Made by a program: the position numbers and the translations under genes. A DNA stretch of 64,000 nt from the human T2T-CHM13v2.0 reference genome, Homo sapiens, in the NCBI RefSeq assembly GCF_009914755.1, contig NC_060938.1. One strand, given 5' to 3'. This document shows, piece after piece, positions 57,919-64,000 of this stretch; within the stretch, counting starts at the first letter, position 1; the number at the start of each line of letters is the position of its first letter. The notes beneath the pieces were generated by a model. It was not told the origin of the DNA. It made no database searches and worked only from the letters and a program-made list of their open reading frames with translations.

Positions 57919-58115
57919 GAATAAATAAATGACTGAATGACCAAATGAATGAGTGTCTCTTTGATTTACAAAAGAATTCATTGCAGGATTCCTTTTAAAA
58001 GCACATTCCCATGGTGCATTTCAATGTAATTTGATTTTAAGAAATTTGATTTACACCCAATATTGCTGGGGCAATCTATTTTGTAAAGCAAGGAACATCT
58101 GTATTATCTATCCAC

Positions 58116-58146
<31 letters not shown>

Positions 58147-58518
58147 TGGATTTGGGAATAGTCTGTTTCTCCATTTAGAACTGGGCTGGAGACTTGAGCA
58201 AAGATTGGATCATTTCCTGTTCTCGGAAAAAACGCTTTCTCCCACTCTGGCATTCAGAGACCATTTCCCGGCAATGTTAAGCATGTGATTACTTAATGAG
58301 ACACTTAAAGCAGTTTTGAGAAGTATAAAAACGTCGTGGTCTGGGCTTCCTACTCCTGATGTTACATAAGTAACACCAAGAATTCAACTCAATCCTGCCC
58401 CCACATATTAGGTCTCTCCTGTGTGCCTGGCTCTGTGTTAGGTGCTAGGAGTAGACAGGGAGATAAAAGTCCACTTAGAGCAAACAGAAGGCAGAAAGCA
58501 GGATAAAAGGATGTCCAA

Positions 58519-58692
58519 GGCCGGGCGCAGTGGTCCTCGTCTGTCACGCAAACACCTTGGGAGGCCAAGGCAGGTGGGTCACTTGAAACCAGGAGCTCGA
58601 GACTAGCCTGGACGACATGGTGAAACCCCATCTCCACAAAAAATACAAAAATTAGCCAGACATGGTGGCATGCCTGTAGTCCTCCCAAAAAA
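58519..58692 (+). mobile_element. Alu left arm plus start of right arm, flanked by aaaagga(t/c)gtc
   Basis: ggccgggcgcagtgg...aaaatacaaaaattagccagacatggtggcatgcctgtagtcc. Confidence 0.88.
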
Positions 58693-59064
58693 GGACGTCT
58701 ATGTGTAAGGTGAGGCGACAGAGATGCGCTTTCCCAAGTAGCATCAATACGAAGACAGATCCCTATGTTCCGATTAAGTCTCAGGTGGGCTGGCAGGAGA
58801 AACATCTCACAGAGGAAAGAGCCCTGGAGCTCCGTCTTAAAGGGCGTGAAGGGTTTCTACCATGGAGAAGTTGCGGGAAGCTCGTTGAAGCACAGGGAGC
58901 AGCACGAGGAGTCTGGGAAACAGCAGCAGAGGAAGGGTGATCTGTTGGAATATTTCCTGGTGCCTTTCTTGAGACTCCCCTGTGGCCGCCTTTCTCCCAG
59001 GGCCCCAGCCACCAGCCACATGGGACATCGACTACTCCTTCCCTCCAATCTCTGCTTTCGCCAG

Positions 59065-59542
59065 TGTATTATCTGCTCCCTAGGGCTGCCATAACAAAGC
59101 ACCACAAACTGGGTGGCTTGAAACAAGAATTTGTTCTCTCACCATTCTGGAGGCTGGAAGTCCAAAATCAAGGTGTTGGCAGGGCCCAGCTCCCTCTGGA
59201 TCCATAGGAGAATTATTCCCTACTTCTCAGAGTTGCTGCTGCCGCCGGTGATCTCTGACCTTCCCTGGCCTGTGGCTGCTTCATTCCATCTCCTGTATTC
59301 ACATGGCATCTTCTTCCTGGGTGTTTTCACATCCCCTTCCCTCTTTCTGTGTGTCTCTGTGTGCACATTTCCCCTTTTTATAAGAATGCCAGCCATATTG
59401 GATTAGGGCTCACCCTAACAGCCTCATTTTAACTTGATATGTTTCTGCAAAGACCCCGTCTCCAAATAAGGTACCGTTGTGAGGTCCTGAGGGTTAGGAC
59501 TTCGGCATGTCTTGTTGGGGTACACAGTTTAATCCATAGCAA
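59065..59542 (-). mobile_element. MLT1C/D-like solo LTR
   Basis: tagggctgccataacaaagcaccacaaactgggtggctt...ctggaggctggaagtccaaaatcaaggtg...ggattagggctcacccta. Confidence 0.88.
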
Positions 59543-60499
59543 TCATAAAGTCTGAAAGATGACCCAGTTTTATTCTCACTTCTTTCCTTTTCCCAAATTT
59601 TTCTCTGCCTCCAAGCAATTAGGATTTCTCCTTTCCCCCCAAAAAAAATTATCAGTCTTCTACCTCTGTCTCCCTCCTCCCCCCTCCCCCCCTCCACCTT
59701 CACTGCCCACAGGATCCCTTCAGCAACCCTGGACAGTTTGGGCAACTCAGTCTCATCTGCAGCCTTGGTTTCACACAAGGTACCGCCTGTCTTGCTGTCT
59801 TTCCCTCCTGGTTCCCATAGCTTGGTGGGCACAGCGCACCTTTGCCTCCAGCAGGGATTGGAAACAGTACTTCCTGTGGTGATCAGCTTCTCCACTGGGC
59901 CAGCTGCTTCCACTGCACGCTGTCCTTCCGTGCAGCCCTTTCATGTTTTTGCCCTCACCTCTGGGACCATTCCATAGGCTTCCAAATCCTCAATCTCCCC
60001 CCCTGTCAATAGCAGCATCTTAGAGGTAACCCCAGAGCTTCCCCCACGACCCCTCTGTCCTCTTCTTTCCTCTCTGAGATAATCCGAGCAAAGTCCAGTC
60101 TTAACTTGTCGGCCTCTGTCCTTCACCAGGATCTCGGCTCCGCCTTCATCTGTCTCCTGGTACATTCTTGAGTGTCCGCAGCCAAGGCTGTATTTTTTTC
60201 TCTGCTTCCCGCTTCCTTTTCCCGTCACCTCGGCTTGCTCCCTGCCCTCTCCCTTCATTCCTCTGTCTATTATTTACATAAAGTTCCTTTCCACGCTCTT
60301 CATCCTATGGAGAGATTCCCTGTCGAGGCTCCAAGGGTTAACGCACCTTCTGGAACATGGCTTGTGATGCTTGATCTTTGCTTGGTCACCTCCAGCTGTC
60401 TCAAGGGGTGCATCCCCCTGCTGTGGGACGTGCCTGGGCTTTGGCCTGCAGAGGCCTGGGTGGAAATTCTACTCAGCCAAGGTGGCAAGGGTCCTCTTT

Positions 60500-60650
60500 A
60501 GTGATAAAGAGCTTGGCGTTGGCAGCAGACAGACCGGGGTTTGGATTCTCACTGTCAGTTGTGTGACGTTGGCCAAATTCCTTAACTATCTCAGAGCTGA
60601 CTTCCTAATCTGTGCAAACAGGGAAAGGTAGCACCTACATCATAAGTGTG
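60500..60650 (+). mobile_element. MIR
   Basis: cagacagaccggggtttggattctc...gtgtgacgttggccaaattccttaac...ttcctaatctgt. Confidence 0.7.
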
Positions 60651-60654
60651 GGAG

Positions 60655-61800
60655 AGTAGTCAGGTCCCAGCAGGAGATGCTTGGCAATTTTGCAATAGGA
60701 CAGTTCTAGGATCATTCATTAAGAGTTTATAGGTGCTGGAGAGGATGTGGAGAAATAGGAACACTTTTACACTGTTGGTGGGACTGTAAACTAGTTCAAC
60801 CATTGTGGAAGTCAGTGTGGCGATTCCTCAGGGATCTAGAACTAGAAATACCATTTGACCCAGCCATCCCATTACTGGGTATATACCCAAAGGACTATAA
60901 ATCTTGCTGCTATAAAGACACATGCACACGTATGTTTATTGCGGCATTATTAACAAGAGCAAAGACTTGGAACCAACCCAGATGTCCAACAATGATAGAC
61001 TGGATTAAGAAAATGTGGCACATATACACCATGGAATACTATGCAGCCATAAAAAATGATGAGTTCATGTCCTTTGTAGGGACATGGATGAAATTGGAAA
61101 TCATCATTGTCAGTAAACTATCGCAAGAACAAAAAACCAAACACCGCATGTTCTCACTCATAGGTGGGAATTGAACAATGAGATCACATGGACACAGGAA
61201 GGGGAACATCACACTCTGGGGACTGTGGTGGGGTGGGGGGAGGGGGGAGGGATAGCATTGGGAGATATACCTAATGCTAGATGACGAGTTAGTGGGTGCA
61301 GCACACCAGCATGGCACATGTATACATATGTAACTAACCTGCACATTGTGCACATGTACCCTAAAACTTAAAGTATAATAATAATAAATAAATAAATAAA
61401 AATAAAATAAAAAAAAAAGAGTTTATATACAAAGGGCCTGTATACAAAGGGTCTATTTACAAAGTGGCGGTTGCAGCTGTAACTACCCCAGGCCCTAAGA
61501 AATGGGGATGGGGCAGGCAGCAGGGAGGTAACTAGAATTCCAAATAACTGGCTGGTGACTCTATAGAGTCGCCATCTTGAGAGATGGGAAACCCAGGCCA
61601 GGGCAGGCACCAGTGGGTGCATAGCCTGATCTCTTCCCCTCCCACCCACCTGTCTCCTGCTGCTGTGTCCCACTAGCTGAAACCCTCAGGAGGCCAGAGG
61701 CAAGGGGTTCCTGGCCATGGATCCATGGAGGTCAGCCGACAGGGCATTGGGGTGCAGGGAGGGTAAAAAGATTTGGGGAGGCAAATGGATGAATCAGCAG
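60655..61800 (-). mobile_element. Old ERVL-type LTR (LTR33-like) split by the L1PA insertion
   Basis: gtagtcaggtcccagcagga...aaagggtctatttacaaag...ctcctgctgctgtgtcccactagctgaaacc...gccagaggcaaggg. Confidence 0.45.
60732..61416 (+). mobile_element. 5'-truncated young L1 (L1PA2/L1PA3-like): ORF2 C-terminus, 3'UTR, poly(A); 11-bp TSD aagagtttata
   Basis: ORF 60803-61174 translates to the L1 ORF2 end (...PFDPAIPLLGIYPK...MFSLIGGN); gatgacGAGttag and acttaAagtat indicate non-Ta; TSD at 60721-60731 and 61417-61427. Confidence 0.95.
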
Positions 61801-63299
61801 TTTTGTAAATCAAGGTAAGGCATGTAAAACCCAGCACCTGGTACCTATTAAGTTAATAAATGTGTTAGCAACTTTTCCTGTCCTGCTCCTCCTCCTCCTC
61901 CTCCTCCTCATTATTACTGCTCACATCAAACCAAGCATGGTCTTTCCCAACTTTTCTCTCACCAATTCTAGCTTTCCAGCAAAAGGAACTGCCAGAAACC
62001 TCTTCCCCTTGGATTGTTGACAAGTGTCTGCCAACTCTCAGTCCTATTCAGAGACCCACCCAGTGGTTCTACCCTGGCCTCAGCCAGTTGGACCAGGGAT
62101 GGGCACTCAGCCCTCATAGGCAAAGAACCACCCAATGGGTCCGCCTCGGCCTTACCTGATTGGACCAGGGGTCTGTGTCTATGAGGCTGTTGGATGGTGA
62201 TTGGCCAACCCCACCAGCTCTCTCTCAGAGGACCTGCCTGTGATCTGTTTAGAGGCCGCACTGGGGTAACAACAGTAGAGATGGGAAGACCTGGGGGGCC
62301 CTCAAACCCCAGAGCTACTACTCTCTGCCAAAAGCTGGTCCAGCTCTCCCTGAGCCCTGGTGTGACAGCACGGAAATTTTCCTCATCCTCCTACAATAAC
62401 CCACATCAGTGAGCCTGTCCGGGTCAGCTGTGACTTCAAAGCACTGAATTAACACAGCATTCGAACCAGAATTCCTAAATTCTTCTCAAACACGTGTCCA
62501 CGTTGGCCCCACGGCAGAGAAGCAGGAGGCCCGGCCACAGCCCAGGTGCTGCTCCTGAGGAAGCAGCTGACGTCTCCTGACATGGAACACCCTCCTCTCC
62601 CTGGCTCGTCAAGGCACAAGGGGGTAAAATGAGGCCCCTTCAATGTGTAAGGACCTCTCTTGACAATGTAGTTACTTGGTTTGTTATTCTTATAATCAAA
62701 GGGACCCACTAATACGTTGAAGGAATTTATGCAAAACAAATATTGAACAAATATTTAAGCTACACTGAACCAAGTGGAGAGCAGAGCAACCAGCTCAGGC
62801 ATATTTATTCACCCTCACTGGGCAATTTTCCATACCTTTTTATAATTAAGTACTGTTGTTTTCATCTCCAGATCCCAAATATTTTACTCTCTGACACATC
62901 TGTTGGACATTTGATGTATGTTTTCTCCTTTCTCTTTCTGAATGGAAAGCTGGTCACATATAGTCCAGCCTGCTCTTTGTTTTTGAGGAGAACACTGAGT
63001 CCCCACAGGCCTGGTAGGTATATTGCACATTACCTGAGTTAGAGGCAGAGAAGAGAACAGACTAAGGGCCCAGGACTCCTGATCCAGTGTTCCTGCCAAT
63101 ATCCCATGCTATCCTTTTTATCTGTAGGCAAGACGTCCCCAGCTATGGGATCTTGGACTCCTGAGCCTGCTCAGGCTTTCAACATGGGTACCAAGGCCAC
63201 CACCTCCTGGAAGCCCCTCCTGATGACCTCTCTAGATTTGGGGTTGCACAGTGCTTTGTCCGTAATGCTTCTATCTTTTAGCATCGTCAAATGTCTTCA

Positions 63300-63780
63300 T
63301 GCCTTTTACCTTCTATTGGACTCCAAGTCCTCTGAGGTCAAGACCTGGGGAAAATCGCCTTTATATTTCCCTACAGTGCCCAGCTCAGAGCCAATGTGTG
63401 TTTATTGGGTGGATGAGTGAATAAATGATGGAAAGACTGAAAACAGCAATGATTCTGCTGGAAAGAAAGTAGCCAGCTTAGAATTGGTAGAATTGGTAGC
63501 CAGCCGTGATATGAAAGGCAATGCAAGGTGGAGGTGAAGGGCACGCATTCTTGAGTCACAGGGACCTAGATTCTAACCCCCACCACTCACTAGTGGTGTG
63601 ATCTTAGGCAATTTTCTTAATCTCCCTGTGCCTCTGTTTACTTGGGTGCAAATGAAGATAATGTGACTCTTTCCTTTGTGTTGTGAGAATTAGGTGAGAG
63701 AATGCAAGTAATGCACTAGCCCCTTTCCTGGCACATAGTAAGTGCTCAATAAACACTCATCATTAGCCCATTGTTACTGT
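63300..63780 (+). mobile_element. L2 3' end followed by MIR
   Basis: cctacagtgcccagctcag...gatgagtgaataaat; gtgtgatcttaggcaa...ctgtgcctctgttt...ctggcacatagtaagtgctcaataaa. Confidence 0.75.
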
Positions 63781-64000
63781 TGGAAGTTGGCTATCATCCC
63801 CACCTCAAAAGCTTTGTTTCTTCTCTGGGAAAACAAGAACCTACCTTCTTCTAACACTTCATTTTTTTTCTATGTTTCACTGGAAGCTTAGGCACTGATT
63901 AAATCTAGTTCCTCTCCTTTCAATTCTTCTTGATGGTGTTACCCACCTTCTAGCTCAAATTCAGAATCTTTTTCTTTTTGTGTCTGCAGTAAAGCCAGTG

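Noticed and set aside
60803-61174. 123-aa ORF with real protein similarity
   Set aside because: C-terminal remnant of L1 ORF2 in a 5'-truncated copy with no promoter; not a gene
62080-62210. Cluster of CCAAT/ATTGG boxes
   Set aside because: Context (ttggaccagggatgggcac, tgattggaccaggg) resembles an old MLT1-type LTR relic rather than a promoter

Overview
This is primate DNA, almost certainly human: it contains an AluYa5 with all five diagnostic positions and an L1PA2/3-type 3' end. It is non-coding euchromatin. I find no supportable protein-coding gene, tRNA, rRNA or CRISPR array. The ORF track is explained by Alu, L1 and simple-repeat translations and by chance GC-rich ORFs. The window holds about 24 Alu pieces, many MIR/L2 relics, old L1M/HAL1 fragments, MaLR/ERVL solo LTRs (THE1, MLT1, MLT2, LTR16/33-like) and DNA-transposon fossils (MER45A, MER5, MER63, Tigger3a, MER81). 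Many are nested with readable target-site duplications (TSDs). Between the repeats lie two CpG-rich patches (~0.5-1.3 kb, ~44.1-44.5 kb) and several repeat-free AT-rich blocks dense in homeodomain/POU/SOX motifs, which looks like the enhancer landscape of a developmental gene. I cannot name the locus from sequence alone. The best leads are: a solitary ~146-bp beta-satellite-like island flanked by CCTGAGTCA direct repeats and forming a 4-site AP-1 cluster (55.2-55.35 kb); a perfect six-unit heat-shock element (17.39 kb); an AluYa5 inside the linker of an AluY (54.0 kb); and short duplications that doubled T-box/MEIS and PAX6-type motifs. Repeat family names come from my recollection of consensus sequences, not a RepeatMasker run. 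Boundaries of old repeats are approximate.
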